From Betaproteobacteria bacterium (lineage in GTDB: Bacteria; Pseudomonadota; Gammaproteobacteria; Burkholderiales; Ga0077523), in NCBI GenBank assembly GCA_037141795.1, contig JBAXBV010000002.1:109237-173236 (forward strand): a DNA stretch of 64,000 nucleotides. The letters run 5' to 3'. The notes beneath the pieces were generated by a model. It ran no database searches, was not told where the DNA came from, and saw only the letters and a program-made list of their open reading frames with translations. Shown here piece after piece: positions 44,160 through 55,020 of this stretch. Numbering within the stretch: the stretch's first letter is position 1; each line of letters begins with the position of its first letter. The translations under genes were made by a program, and so were the position numbers.

Positions 44160-44351
44160 GTTTTCTCCTAAGACAGAAGAGGCCGCTCCGAGACGAGGCG
44201 GACAAGGCGTTCACCAACTTCACTTCCAGTTGCTGGAGCAACCGACACTCCGGCCATCGCATCAACATCTCCAACACCTTGGTGATTATTGCCGTTCCCT
44301 AAAATGTCGTCAATTCCGATAGTTGCGCGCCATTCCAAAAGCCGACCCAAC

Positions 44352-44377
44352 AAAAAAGCGGCCCTCTCGGGGCCGCC
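44352..44377 (-). terminator. Rho-independent terminator downstream of the cytochrome c551 gene
   Basis: On the - strand GGCGGCCC-CGAGA-GGGCCGC is followed by TTTTTT, about 25 nt after the stop at 44402. Confidence 0.7.
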
Positions 44378-44401
44378 ATGGGACGACTCTGCAATCCGGC
44401 C

Positions 44402-44725
44402 TCAGTTCGACAGAATCCACTCCACCATAGTCTTCACGTCCTCATCCTTCAGGTTCGGATGGGGCGTCATGGGAATCGCACCCCAGTTACCTGACCCGCC
44501 AGCCTTGACCTTCTTGACGAGCATCGCGACAGCGTCCCCATTGCCCTTGTACTTCTTTGCCACGTCCTTGTAGGACGGACCAACCAGTTTGGTCTCTACA
44601 GCGTGACAGGCCATGCAGTCGCTCCCCTTCATAAGAGCCTGCGCCTTCGTAGCATCGGCCGCCAAACCATGACCGCTCACGACGAAACCAGCCAGTGATG
44701 CGGCGACCAGGTAGGAAACTTTCAT
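44402..44725 (-). CDS. Class I monohaem cytochrome c (c551/c552 type)
   Basis: ORF 44402..44776 trimmed to MKVSYLVAASLAGFVVSGHGLAA (signal peptide, GGAGAAG RBS). Single haem site CMACH and distal Met region (IPMTPH). Confidence 0.85.
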   Translation of the reverse strand: MKVSYLVAASLAGFVVSGHGLAADATKAQALMKGSDCMACHAVETKLVGPSYKDVAKKYKGNGDAVAMLVKKVKAGGSGNWGAIPMTPHPNLKDEDVKTMVEWILSN

Positions 44726-44924
44726 TGCTTCTCCTTGATGGACGAACAAACAGAACACGTTCCGGATTCTAGGCATTTTCCCCCTGAATGCAACTCATCG
44801 GGGATTCCTCAACGGAATCGGCCCAACCGAATCCCGCGCCGACCTGTGATCGGCGGATCCGAGAACCCTCAACGAACTGCCCCATGAGCGCGTTGACAGG
44901 GATGCCTGCCTATACCGCCTATGA

Positions 44925-46100
44925 TCAGACCGCTTCACCTGCGGCGTGCCCGGAAGACCATGCCCACTGGAAGTTGAACCCCCCCAAGTGACCGGTCACG
45001 TCAACGACCTCGCCAACAAAGTACAACCCCGGAACCTTGACGGCTTCCATGGTTCTCGAAAACAGCTCGCGCGTGTCCACCCCACCAAGAGTGACCTCGG
45101 CCTTCTGATAACCAGCCGTACCGCTCGGGCGAATCCGCCAGCCATTGAGCAGGCTTCCGAGGTGGCGCAGCCTGTGATCGGCAATCTGATTCATGGCCAT
45201 GTCCAGTCCAGCCAGTTCACACCACCGCTGAGCGATCCGGCGTGGCATGTATTCCGAAAGAACCGTTGCGGGAAGAGCACTGCTGCGCCGAGCGCCGAGC
45301 AGTAAGTCTTGTCCTGAATGGTCAGGCAGAAAATTAACCGCGAGAAACTCCCCAGGCTCCCAGTAGGACGACACCTGGAGAATGGCCGGGCCGGACAATC
45401 CCCTGTGCGTGAACAGCAGATTCTCCCTGAATTGGCCAAGACCCGAACTCACGATGGCGTCAGCTGCAACCCCCGAAAGATCACTGAACTGCACGTGTTC
45501 ATCAGAATCGAAAACGAGTGGCACGAGTCCGGGGCGCGGCGGAACAACCGACAGGCCAAAAGCCTGAGCGACGCGGTAACCGAACGGAGAAGCGCCAATC
45601 TTGGGAATGGACAACCCTCCGGTAGCGATTACCAGCTTGCCAACCCGTAGACGCCCGGCACCACTGTCGACAACAAACCCCGCTCCCTCTCGCGCCAGAC
45701 TTGTCACCTCGCATGGCATTCTCCACGCTACGCCGCCTGCATCACACTCGGAACGAAGCATGTCGATGATCTGCGTCGAACTTCCATTGCAGAAGAGCTG
45801 GCCTAGCTTTTTCTCGTGGTAAGAGATGCCGTGCCTCTCGACCATCGCGACGAAGTGACGGGGCGTATATCTGGCGAGAGCAGACCTGCAGAACGCCGGA
45901 TTCTCGGACCTGAAATCCTCTGCCCGGCACTGGATGTTCGTGAAATTGCAACGCCCCCCACCAGAAATCCGAATCTTCTCCCCCAATCGGGAAGCGTGAT
46001 CAATCAGAACGACTCGCTTTCCCCGATGACCAGCCGTCGCAGCGCACATCATGCCGGCAGCACCCGCACCGACAATTGCAACGTCAAAATCGAGAACCAT
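44925..46100 (-). CDS. HI0933/BaiN-family NAD(P)/FAD-dependent oxidoreductase
   Basis: ORF 44925..46400 trimmed to MVLDFDVAIVGAGAAGMMCA (FAD dinucleotide fold at the N-terminus). The family assignment rests on overall architecture. Confidence 0.85.
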   Translation of the reverse strand: MVLDFDVAIVGAGAAGMMCAATAGHRGKRVVLIDHASRLGEKIRISGGGRCNFTNIQCRAEDFRSENPAFCRSALARYTPRHFVAMVERHGISYHEKKLGQLFCNGSSTQIIDMLRSECDAGGVAWRMPCEVTSLAREGAGFVVDSGAGRLRVGKLVIATGGLSIPKIGASPFGYRVAQAFGLSVVPPRPGLVPLVFDSDEHVQFSDLSGVAADAIVSSGLGQFRENLLFTHRGLSGPAILQVSSYWEPGEFLAVNFLPDHSGQDLLLGARRSSALPATVLSEYMPRRIAQRWCELAGLDMAMNQIADHRLRHLGSLLNGWRIRPSGTAGYQKAEVTLGGVDTRELFSRTMEAVKVPGLYFVGEVVDVTGHLGGFNFQWAWSSGHAAGEAV

Positions 46101-46227
46101 CAAAGATCCGCTGCTGAAGAAGAAGCGAGCACGCGCACATCCGGTTCGCGCGGGCCATGCACTGCCCGACGGTGCCTGGATTCGCGCTCCACCGCATCGA
46201 ATCGGGCCGGTATCCGACGCTCCTCGT

Positions 46228-47028
46228 TCATGCCGTGGGATAGGATTTCTGGTAGCTCCGCACGAGACTCGCTCGAGCCTGCCCGGCTTGCTGGAGCAGG
46301 GAAAAGTCCGAGCCTGCAAGAACCAGTTGGACGCCCATACCGACGTAACGCTCGAGGAGTTCCGAGGTATACATGCCCCCCATCCCCGGAAACTTTCCAT
46401 GCCGGCGACACGCCGCGATCACCCTCGCGTACGCGTCAACCACCAGGGGATTCTGAAACTCGCCTGGAATCCCCATTTCAAAACAAAGATCGTTGGTGCC
46501 TATGAGAATGGCATCAATGCCCGAGACGGCGACAATGTCCTCGCAATTCTGGATGCCAAGCGGCGACTCCAACATCGCCACCACCAAAGTCTGCTCGTTG
46601 ACGACCTTGGCCATTTCACCAACAGGCATGGAAACAAAGCCGACCTGCTGGAGCGCCCCTCCCACGGATCGATGCCCCAAAGGCGGAAACCGGCACTGGT
46701 CGGAGATTCTTCGGGCTTGCTCGACAGTCTCAACATGCGGAACCACAACCCCCTGAGCACCGTTGTCAAGCATGCGACTGGCATGATGATGCTCGTAGCC
46801 GGGCACCCGGACCATCGGTGTGATTCCCACCGCCAAGGACGCCGCTGCGATCTGGGCTGCGGTATCCACATCCATTGAATTATGTTCGCAGTCTATGAAC
46901 AACCAATCGAACCCGCAGGTTCTTGCGAGCTGTGCAATATCGACGGTTCGGGCGTGCCGCAGGCCAAGCCCGATCGCGAGTCGTCCTTCCTCTAACTGCC
47001 GCTTGGTGTGGTTCACGACGACACTCAT
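46228..47028 (-). CDS. HpcH/HpaI-family aldolase
   Basis: ORF 46228..47232 trimmed to MSVVVNHTKRQLEEGRLAIGLGL. FDWLFIDCEHNSMD and VPHVETVEQA are typical of class II 2-keto-3-deoxy-acid aldolases. Confidence 0.85.
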   Translation of the reverse strand: MSVVVNHTKRQLEEGRLAIGLGLRHARTVDIAQLARTCGFDWLFIDCEHNSMDVDTAAQIAAASLAVGITPMVRVPGYEHHHASRMLDNGAQGVVVPHVETVEQARRISDQCRFPPLGHRSVGGALQQVGFVSMPVGEMAKVVNEQTLVVAMLESPLGIQNCEDIVAVSGIDAILIGTNDLCFEMGIPGEFQNPLVVDAYARVIAACRRHGKFPGMGGMYTSELLERYVGMGVQLVLAGSDFSLLQQAGQARASLVRSYQKSYPTA

Positions 47029-47351
47029 GATTCCCCCGAAAGACCCTGAAAAACGAGACTCCCCCCGCGCATCTCCGAATCGGGGGATTATCCGAAAGCT
47101 TGGCCCGATTGAACGAGGGAATCCTGGCGGGTATCTGTGCCGGAATGTGCCAATCGCCTTGAGCTTCGTGCAAACCCGGCCACTTAAAGAATGCCGGAGG
47201 AAACGATGCCCGACCCGTCCCGATGGTGGCATGGGCCGCGATCATCCTCACATGACCCATTTCGTTACATCGAGGACAAACGGAATTCCGTTGAAATGCC
47301 CGCCACGGAAACGAACATCCCATGCGGACCTGGTCCGACGACAACGCGGCC

Positions 47352-48203
47352 TCAAGCGTAGCTGTGAAACCCCCTGCCCGTCTTGCGGCCAAGATAGCCG
47401 GCTTCGACCATCTCAATCAGTAACGGTGCCGGCCGATACTTCGGGTCCTTGAAACCTTCGAAAAGGACCTGCATGACCGCGAGTTCCACGTCCAGACCGA
47501 TCAAGTCACACAGTGCTAGCGGACCGATCGGATGGTTGCATCCCAGCCGCATTGCGTCATCGATCTCCTGAGCGCTCGCCAAACCCTCGGAGAATGCGAA
47601 GATCGCTTCGTTGATCATGGGGCAAAGCAGTCGATTCACCACAAACCCCGGAGAATTGCGAACCTTGACGGGCGACTTTCCGACCGCCCGGGATGTCGCC
47701 TCGACAGCAGCGTAGGTCTCATCGCTTGTCTGCAAACCGCGAATGAGTTCCACCAACTGCATCACCGGAACGGGATTGAAAAAGTGCATGCCGATGACCC
47801 GGTCGGGACGGCTGGTCGCCGCAGCAAGTTTGGTGATCGAAATGGATGATGTATTGGAGGCAAGAATGGCGTCCGCTCGAGCGAGCCGGTCCAGACGCGA
47901 AAAGATGTCCAGCTTGAGAGAGAGATTCTCGGTGGCAGCTTCGATGACGAGATCGGAAGACGACAGGGTTTCCATATCTGTCGACACCTTGATCCGGTCC
48001 ATGGCACTCGCCTTGACCTCGATTGTCATCCTGTCCTTCTTGACAAGACGATCGAGACTTCCATCGATCGTCTTGACGCCACGGTCCAGCGCGGCCTGGG
48101 CAACATCGGTCATCGTTACGTCGTAGCCCGCCACGGCAAAGGCTTGAGCGATGCCACTGCCCATCGTCCCGGCGCCGACAACGCCAATGTGTCGAACTTG
48201 CAT
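47352..48203 (-). CDS. 3-hydroxyacyl-CoA / 3-hydroxybutyryl-CoA dehydrogenase
   Basis: ORF 47352..48374 trimmed to MQVRHIGVVGAGTMGSGIAQAFA (NAD Rossmann). C-terminal 3HCDH domain (PGFVVNRLL). Confidence 0.9.
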   Translation of the reverse strand: MQVRHIGVVGAGTMGSGIAQAFAVAGYDVTMTDVAQAALDRGVKTIDGSLDRLVKKDRMTIEVKASAMDRIKVSTDMETLSSSDLVIEAATENLSLKLDIFSRLDRLARADAILASNTSSISITKLAAATSRPDRVIGMHFFNPVPVMQLVELIRGLQTSDETYAAVEATSRAVGKSPVKVRNSPGFVVNRLLCPMINEAIFAFSEGLASAQEIDDAMRLGCNHPIGPLALCDLIGLDVELAVMQVLFEGFKDPKYRPAPLLIEMVEAGYLGRKTGRGFHSYA

Positions 48204-48309
48204 TTCTGTCTCCTTGGAGCCACTTGAACCATCTGGGATTCTAATCGACCAGGAAGTCGCGTCAGGTCTGGTCGCCGCGGGCGCGCTGGCCAAACGAGGG
48301 CAATCCAAG

Positions 48310-49512
48310 TCAAACCCGTTCCAGCAATGCAGCGATGCCTTGGCCGACTCCGATGCACATGGTTGCGACAGCACGTTGCGCCTTGCGCATAAGGAGTTCG
48401 TGAATCGAGGTCGCGATCAGGCGGGCACCACTCATGCCCAAAGGATGACCCAGCGCAATAGCTCCTCCGTTGGGGTTCACTCTGGGATCGTCGTCATCGA
48501 GACCGAGTTGACGCAGCACTGCCAACCCCTGAGCGGCGAAGGCCTCGTTCAACTCCAACACTTCGATGTGTTCGAGTGTCAGGCCAAGCCTGCACAGAAG
48601 CTTCCGCGTTGCCGGGACAGGACCGATCCCCATGATCCGTGGCGAGCAACCCGCCGTTGCCAAGCCGGCAACCCTCGCGAGCGGGACAAGCCCATGTCGT
48701 ACCGCAGCCTCCTCACTCGCCAGGAGAATCGCGCAGGATCCGTCGTTGACTCCGGAAGCATTTCCTGCGGTTACGGTACCGCCAGGCCGCACAATGGGCT
48801 TCAGTTTCGCCAGAGCCTCCAGACTGGTCTCCCGGGGATGTTCGTCCCGGTCAATGACTATTGGGTCGCCTTTCCGGGACGAAATGACGACCGGGACGAT
48901 TTCCATCGCGAGACGCCCACTCTCCTGGGCGGCGAGAGCCTTGCGTTGGGAACGAAAACCGAAGAGGTCCTGGTCCTCCCTCGATACGCCAAATTCCGTC
49001 GCGACATTCTCGGCGGTCTCGGGCATCGAATCCGTCCCGTACATTTTCTGCATGACAGGATTTACGAAACGCCAGCCAATCGTCGTGTCATGGATCGTAT
49101 TGACTCGCGAGAAGGCAGAGTCTGCCTTTGGCATCACGAAAGGAGCACGGGACATGCTTTCCACACCACCCGCGATTACCAGGTTCGCTTCCCCTGACCG
49201 GATGGCCCGTGCCGCGATTCCGACAGCATCCATCCCCGAACCGCACAGACGGTTGACGGTGCTACCTGGTATCGATTCGGGCAGACCGGCAAGCAACAAG
49301 GCCATGCGCGCCACGTTGCGGTTGTCTTCGCCCGCCTGATTGGCGCAACCGAACACGACATCATCAACTTGGGACCAGTCAACGCTGGTCAACGACGACA
49401 TCAAGGCCTTGAGCGGGATCGCCGCGAGATCGTCCGCCCGAATGCCCGACAGGGCACCCGCATATCGACCAATCGGCGTGCGCAATGCCGCACAGATGAA
49501 CGCTTCAGCCAT
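48310..49512 (-). CDS. Acetyl-CoA C-acyltransferase (thiolase; PcaF/PaaJ-like N-terminus)
   Basis: ORF 48310..49767 trimmed to MAEAFICAALRTPIGRYAGALSG. Active-site regions NRLCGSGMDAV, NPNGGAIALGHPLG and MCIGVGQGIA. Confidence 0.92.
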   Translation of the reverse strand: MAEAFICAALRTPIGRYAGALSGIRADDLAAIPLKALMSSLTSVDWSQVDDVVFGCANQAGEDNRNVARMALLLAGLPESIPGSTVNRLCGSGMDAVGIAARAIRSGEANLVIAGGVESMSRAPFVMPKADSAFSRVNTIHDTTIGWRFVNPVMQKMYGTDSMPETAENVATEFGVSREDQDLFGFRSQRKALAAQESGRLAMEIVPVVISSRKGDPIVIDRDEHPRETSLEALAKLKPIVRPGGTVTAGNASGVNDGSCAILLASEEAAVRHGLVPLARVAGLATAGCSPRIMGIGPVPATRKLLCRLGLTLEHIEVLELNEAFAAQGLAVLRQLGLDDDDPRVNPNGGAIALGHPLGMSGARLIATSIHELLMRKAQRAVATMCIGVGQGIAALLERV

Positions 49513-49715
49513 CAAGACTCCTGTCTTTAAAGATTCCCCTGCATGTTTGGACGCCTCCATCACCCCGCCAATCTGACCCATACCTGGGCAATCGCGAAAA
49601 CCGCGCGCCAAAGTGAGGCGCTGCTTCCAGCGCGAGATCGGTGAGGCTAGATTGGCCTTGTGCCCAGTCAAGCGAAGGGATGCTTCCCATCCTCGCCCTC
49701 GGAAGAAACTACAAC

Positions 49716-51335
49716 ATGAGCGCTCCTGTGAACATCCCTTCGCCTGGATATCCCGCGGCCCCGCCACAGCCCGGTGCCGCTTTCGACTTCATCGTTTGCG
49801 GCGGTGGAACGGCGGGATGCGTAGTGGCGCGCCGCCTCTCCGACGATCCTGACGTCAAGGTTCTTGTACTCGAAGCTGGGGGGGACGATTTGGTACCGGC
49901 GGTTCGCGACTCGACCATCTGGATGTCCAACATTGGCAGCAATCGGGACTGGGGATTTCGAGCGCAACCATCCGGAGCGCTGAACGGGAGGGCCCCGATT
50001 CTCCCCATGGGCAAGGTCCTCGGCGGCGGCTCGAGCGTTAACGGACTCATCTGGGCACGGGGGCACAAGAACGACTTCGATTCGTGGGCCGACGAGGTCG
50101 GGGACCCACGATGGCGCTACGACTCTGTCGTCGAGGTCTACAAGAGTGCGGAGGACTGGGATGGTCCCGCGAACGAGAGGCTCCGGGGAAAAGGAGGTCC
50201 GGTTTATGTGACCCTGCCCAAGAACCCCGTCCCCGTCGCTGAGGCTCTCATGGAAGCGACCTCGCGGGCTGGCATCCCGGCAGTCGCTGACCTGAACGCG
50301 GAAACGATGGAATCCGATGGGGGTTGCGGCATTCCCAACGTCACGGTCAGGAACGGTCACCAGCGCGTTTCCATGGCCAGTGCTTACTTGCGCCCAGTGC
50401 TGGGCAGACCAAATCTCACGGTGGTTCTGGGCGCACGCGTCGACCGGATCATTCTGCACGGACGGCGAGCCGCGGGCGTCGAGTACACCGTCGGAGGAAG
50501 CCTCCACATGGCGCATGCGGCCGCAGAAGTCATCCTGTCCGCCGGAGCCATCCACACGCCAAAGATTCTCATGCTCTCGGGAATCGGCGACGCAACCCAA
50601 CTCCAGCGCCTGGACATCCCGGTGACCCAACACCTTCCGGGCGTGGGCCAAAATTTCCAGGATCACATCCTCGTAGCCGGTTGCGTGTGGGAGTACAGAC
50701 AACCTGAGGCGCCTCGAAACAATTCGGCCGAGTTCACCTTCTTTGCCAAGAGCGACCCGGCGGTGAAGACACCGGACCTCCAGCCCGTGCTTGAGGAATG
50801 CGCCTTTGGCAGCGAAGTAACGGCCGCTCGATACGGGCTACCGGCGGATCGCGCCTCGGCATGGACTCTCGCCCCGGGCCTCGTGAGGCCCGAGAGCCGT
50901 GGTCACATCCAATTGACTGGAAAACACCCGGACGATCCGGTTGCAATACATGCAAACTTCCTGACTGCGCCCCAGGACAGCAGGGCACTGATCCGATGCG
51001 TCGAACTCTGTCGCGAGATCGGAAACTCACCGGGCCTGAAACCCTTCGTGAAGCGGGAACTGATGCCTGGCGCGCTGCGAGGGGCCGAACTCGAACAATT
51101 CCTCCGCGATGCATCGGGAACATACTTTCACCAGACCTGCACGGCCAAGATGGGCCGGGATACCCTGTCCGTCGTTGACAGCAGTCTGAGGGTTTACGGC
51201 GTCGAGGGTCTGCGTATTGCAGACGGCTCCATCATGCCAACGATCACGACGGGCAACACGATGGCCCCTTGCGTGCTGATCGGCGAGCTCGCTGCCCAGC
51301 TGCTACGGTCCGCGTACACGAGTCGGTCATCCTGA
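49716..51335 (+). CDS. GMC-family FAD oxidoreductase (choline/alcohol dehydrogenase-like)
   Basis: ORF 49641..51335 trimmed to MSAPVNIPSPGY. FDFIVCGGGTAGCVVARRLS and GGGSSVNGLIWARG. Substrate unknown. Confidence 0.9.
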   Translation: MSAPVNIPSPGYPAAPPQPGAAFDFIVCGGGTAGCVVARRLSDDPDVKVLVLEAGGDDLVPAVRDSTIWMSNIGSNRDWGFRAQPSGALNGRAPILPMGKVLGGGSSVNGLIWARGHKNDFDSWADEVGDPRWRYDSVVEVYKSAEDWDGPANERLRGKGGPVYVTLPKNPVPVAEALMEATSRAGIPAVADLNAETMESDGGCGIPNVTVRNGHQRVSMASAYLRPVLGRPNLTVVLGARVDRIILHGRRAAGVEYTVGGSLHMAHAAAEVILSAGAIHTPKILMLSGIGDATQLQRLDIPVTQHLPGVGQNFQDHILVAGCVWEYRQPEAPRNNSAEFTFFAKSDPAVKTPDLQPVLEECAFGSEVTAARYGLPADRASAWTLAPGLVRPESRGHIQLTGKHPDDPVAIHANFLTAPQDSRALIRCVELCREIGNSPGLKPFVKRELMPGALRGAELEQFLRDASGTYFHQTCTAKMGRDTLSVVDSSLRVYGVEGLRIADGSIMPTITTGNTMAPCVLIGELAAQLLRSAYTSRSS

Positions 51336-51359
51336 CCGGAAAAGTAGGAGACTCTTGGC

Positions 51360-52673
51360 TCAGACCGTCATGCGATTTCCCACGCCCACCGAGGACCGCC
51401 ATGGAGCCACTTTCCACAGCAGACCCATCCCAGGCAGTGCGAGTAGCAGACACAACCAGAAAAACCCGGGCCATCCCATGCGCTCCACCAGCCAACCCGT
51501 CGCTGCATTGACAAACGTTCGCGGGACTGCAGCGAGACTGGTGAACAAGGCAAACTGAGTCGCGGTGTAAAGCGGGTTCGTCGTTCGCGCGATGTACGCC
51601 ACAAAGGCGGCGGTTCCGAGCCCCACGCCCAGCGCTTCCCCACCGATCACGAAAGCCAGCGCCGCCCGATCTCCCGCCTGAATCGTCTCGAATGGCCCCT
51701 GATGAGCCAGCCACGCAAATCCGAGGATGCTTGCGGCTTGCACGCCCCCGAAAAGCCAGAGTCCGCGATTGATCCCGAGCTTGACGAGCCAGACGCCCCC
51801 GAGCAACCCGCCTATCACACTTGGCCAGAGTCCAGCATTCTTTGCGATCAGGCCAATGTCAGACTTCGAATATCCCATGTCGAGATAGAAGGGCGTAGCA
51901 AGCGCAGTACACATGCTGTCGCCCAGCTTGTACAGGAAGATGAAACTCAGGGTAACAATGGCTCCTTTCGCTCCATGCCGCCCCCAGAACTCCCGAAACG
52001 GATCCACGACTGCCTCCCGCAATGTCTTTGGCATCCCGCCCGCCACCGGTGGTTCCCGAACGCATAGCACCACCAACATCCCGGGTATCAGGAAACACCC
52101 CGTCATCGTGAACACGACCTCCCAGGGAAGGTGATCGGCCAGAATAAGTGAGAGCGACCCCGGTACCAGACCTGCTATCCGATAGGCATTCACGTGCACG
52201 GCATTTCCCAGACCGAGTTCCGGTTCCAACAGCAGTTCCCGTCGATAGGCGTCCAGGACGATATCCTGCGTGGCACTGAGAAAAGCAATGGCCGTCGCGA
52301 TGTAGACAACCAGGAAAAGATCCCCGACCGGGGAGAGAAACCCCAACCAGCAAATGAGCCCTAGCAGCCCCGCCTGCGCCAACAATGTCCAGCCTCGGCG
52401 CCTTCCAAGAAACGGAAGCGCATACCGATCCAGAAATGGCGCCCACAGAAATTTCCAAGTGTAGGGGAACTGGATCAAGGCAAACGCTCCTATTGCCTTC
52501 AGGCTGATGCCTTCCGTCCTGAGCCAGGCAGGAACGAGATTGAGGATCAGATACAGGGGCAAACCGGAACTGAAACCGGTGAATACGCAAATCGCCATCT
52601 TCCGCGTGAACAGAGTGGAAGCAAGCGATGGGCTGTCGGCCAGATCGCTGCCCTGGCCATCGCGGCGCCTCAC
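51360..52673 (-). CDS. ampG: AmpG-family muropeptide MFS permease
   Basis: 437 aa polytopic MFS protein. N-terminal GFSSGLPLYL and overall AmpG-like pattern. Confidence 0.85.
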   Translation of the reverse strand: MRRRDGQGSDLADSPSLASTLFTRKMAICVFTGFSSGLPLYLILNLVPAWLRTEGISLKAIGAFALIQFPYTWKFLWAPFLDRYALPFLGRRRGWTLLAQAGLLGLICWLGFLSPVGDLFLVVYIATAIAFLSATQDIVLDAYRRELLLEPELGLGNAVHVNAYRIAGLVPGSLSLILADHLPWEVVFTMTGCFLIPGMLVVLCVREPPVAGGMPKTLREAVVDPFREFWGRHGAKGAIVTLSFIFLYKLGDSMCTALATPFYLDMGYSKSDIGLIAKNAGLWPSVIGGLLGGVWLVKLGINRGLWLFGGVQAASILGFAWLAHQGPFETIQAGDRAALAFVIGGEALGVGLGTAAFVAYIARTTNPLYTATQFALFTSLAAVPRTFVNAATGWLVERMGWPGFFWLCLLLALPGMGLLWKVAPWRSSVGVGNRMTV

Positions 52674-52721
52674 CGGGCTCCCGTCCCGAGCCGAGGGAAA
52701 GCCGGAGACGGAAATCTCCAG

Positions 52722-53372
52722 TCAGACCGAAACAGGCGCGGCGTCACGCGTGCGGTCCAGCCTGTAAACAGCGAGAGCACCGAGGAGATTGGGCCAGGCG
52801 GATATCCTGCGACCATCGGTCAGAACCACGCGATCCAGCACGTGGATCCCCTGACCACGCACGAACATCTCGAAATCGGCAAGGGTGAAAAGGTGGATGT
52901 TCGGCGTGTCGTACCACTGGTAGGGCAGTTCGCGCGAGACGGGCATATGTCCCGCCAGTAACTGGGCGCGCACGCGCCAGAAGCCAAAGTTCGGGAAACT
53001 GACGATACCCTCCCGGCCGACCCTGAGAATCTCCCGCAGAAGGCGCTCCGTATGCTTCATCGCCTGCAGGGTCTGGGAGAGAATGACATAGTCAAAAGAG
53101 CCCGACTCGAAACCGGACAGGCCCGCCTCGAGATCGCTCTGCAGAACATTCACGCCATTGGCCACGCACGCAGCCACATTGTCGTCTGAAATATCGACGC
53201 CGTACCCCGTGGCGTCCCGCGCCTCCCTGAGAAACCGCAACAGGGACCCATCGCCACAGCCGAGGTCGAGTACCCGGGCGCCACTAGGCACCCACTGCGC
53301 AATCGCCTCGAAGTCGGCGCGCCCGGGCAATGACCTCTCCATTGAGGTTGAGGGGCTGGCGAAATCCTTCAT
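52722..53372 (-). CDS. metW: Methionine biosynthesis protein MetW
   Basis: 216 aa methyltransferase fold with [16 protein letters not shown] overlap with metX. Confidence 0.9.
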   Translation of the reverse strand: MKDFASPSTSMERSLPGRADFEAIAQWVPSGARVLDLGCGDGSLLRFLREARDATGYGVDISDDNVAACVANGVNVLQSDLEAGLSGFESGSFDYVILSQTLQAMKHTERLLREILRVGREGIVSFPNFGFWRVRAQLLAGHMPVSRELPYQWYDTPNIHLFTLADFEMFVRGQGIHVLDRVVLTDGRRISAWPNLLGALAVYRLDRTRDAAPVSV

Positions 53373-54508
53373 GAGCGAACGTTTCGCATATATGCCGATA
53401 TGAGTCCGTGGTAACGCGAATCGTCCATCAGAAAGGCGTCGTGACCATGGGGCGCGTCGATCTCCGCGTAGCTGACGTCCAGACGGTTATCGAGGAGCGC
53501 CTTGACGATCTCGCGCGAACGGGCCGGCGAGAAACGCCAGTCCGACGTAAAGGAAATCACCAGAAATCGGGCCCTGGCAGGAGATAGAGCCACCGCGAGG
53601 CTGCCACCGTGACGCAAGGCCGGATCGAAGTAATCGAGCGCCTTCGTGATGCGCAGGTACGTGTTCGCATCGAAGTATGTCGAGAACTTGTCGCCCTGGT
53701 AACGCAGATAGGACTCGATCTCGAACTCGACATCGAAGTTGAACTTGTACGCGCCTTCGCGAAGTTCGCGACCGAATTTCTCGGCCATGGCGTCATCCGA
53801 CAAATAGGTAATGTGCCCGAGCATGCGAGCGAGGCGTAACCCGCGCCTTGGGACGACCCCGTGCTCATAGAAGTTGCCGCCATGAAAGTCAGGATCGGTC
53901 GTGATCGCCTGGCGAGCAACCTCGTTGAAGGCAATGTTCTGCGCCGAGAGTTTCGGCGCCGCTGCGATCACGAGACAGTGGTCGACGCGTTCCGGATAGC
54001 TGATGCTCCATTGCAATGCCTGCATGCCGCCCAGACTGCCTCCGATCACGGCGGCGAAGCGTCCGATGCCAAGTCGGTCCGCAAGGCGGCGCTGGGTCTC
54101 GACCCAATCCTCGACGGTCACCACTGGAAATGCCGCCCCCCAAGGCTTGCCGGTTGCCGGATCGATGCTCGACGGCCCTGTCGACCCGTGGCAACCCCCA
54201 AGATTGTTCACCCCCACCACGAAGAACCGATCAGTGTCCACAGGACGTCCTGGGCCAATGAGATTGTCCCACCAACCCACATCCTTCGGATCATGCTCAT
54301 ACCAGCCTGCGACGTGGTGGGAAGCGTTGAGTGCGTGGCAAACGAGGATGGCGTTCGATCGACTGGCGTTCAGTGCTCCGTAGGTTTCGTAGCGCAGGCT
54401 GTATGCAGGCATCACGGCACCGCTACGCAGAAGAAGCGGTTCATCGAAAGCGAGCTCCGCGGGATGGACAACTCCAACCGAGCAGGGCGCCTTTCGGTCA
54501 CCGATCAC
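53369..54508 (-). CDS. metX: Homoserine O-acyltransferase (MetX family; acetyl versus succinyl not resolvable)
   Basis: 379 aa alpha/beta hydrolase. Nucleophile elbow [10 protein letters not shown] and N-terminal YETYGALN. The GTG start overlaps the lptE stop (GTGA). Confidence 0.93.
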   Translation of the reverse strand: MIGDRKAPCSVGVVHPAELAFDEPLLLRSGAVMPAYSLRYETYGALNASRSNAILVCHALNASHHVAGWYEHDPKDVGWWDNLIGPGRPVDTDRFFVVGVNNLGGCHGSTGPSSIDPATGKPWGAAFPVVTVEDWVETQRRLADRLGIGRFAAVIGGSLGGMQALQWSISYPERVDHCLVIAAAPKLSAQNIAFNEVARQAITTDPDFHGGNFYEHGVVPRRGLRLARMLGHITYLSDDAMAEKFGRELREGAYKFNFDVEFEIESYLRYQGDKFSTYFDANTYLRITKALDYFDPALRHGGSLAVALSPARARFLVISFTSDWRFSPARSREIVKALLDNRLDVSYAEIDAPHGHDAFLMDDSRYHGLISAYMRNVRS

Positions 54509-55020
54509 GGTTCACCCTCCGCACTTCCCGCCCGTATTGCTTCAATCTGGCGGACCACCTGCCGGGCTGCATCCATCTGCATTTCGCGGAACAGCGCCTG
54601 CGCCTCGCCTTCCTTGGCAAGCACCTGAGTATCGTCGTAGGTCATGTCCCGAGCCACCAGGACTTCGCCTGGAGCGAGCCACTCAGTTCCCGAGGGCGAG
54701 TGAACCCTGAAGGAGACGCGATAACGCAACTGTTGCTCGCGAACCCGCCCTCCGCCAGAAACAGCAAGAATGGAGCGCTCCTGGGATTCCGTCATGAGAC
54801 TCACGATCGCCTGCGCCTCTCCAGCGCTCGCGGTGAGAATCGTACCCCCGCCGCCCGTGATCAACCGCTTCAACTGTGCCGCAAACAAAGAGGATGGCAA
54901 ACCCTCGACAAAGATCGTCTGGAAGGGCAACTGAACGTTCCCACGCAACCGGAAACCGCAACCCGGGATCATCGCAATGGAAAGGGCAGCCAGCAGCACC
55001 CGGCGACGCGTGACTTCCAT
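54505..55020 (-). CDS. lptE: LPS-assembly lipoprotein LptE
   Basis: ORF 54505..55203 trimmed to [27 protein letters not shown] (lipobox). Downstream of leuS, as is conserved. Confidence 0.85.
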   Translation of the reverse strand: MEVTRRRVLLAALSIAMIPGCGFRLRGNVQLPFQTIFVEGLPSSLFAAQLKRLITGGGGTILTASAGEAQAIVSLMTESQERSILAVSGGGRVREQQLRYRVSFRVHSPSGTEWLAPGEVLVARDMTYDDTQVLAKEGEAQALFREMQMDAARQVVRQIEAIRAGSAEGEP

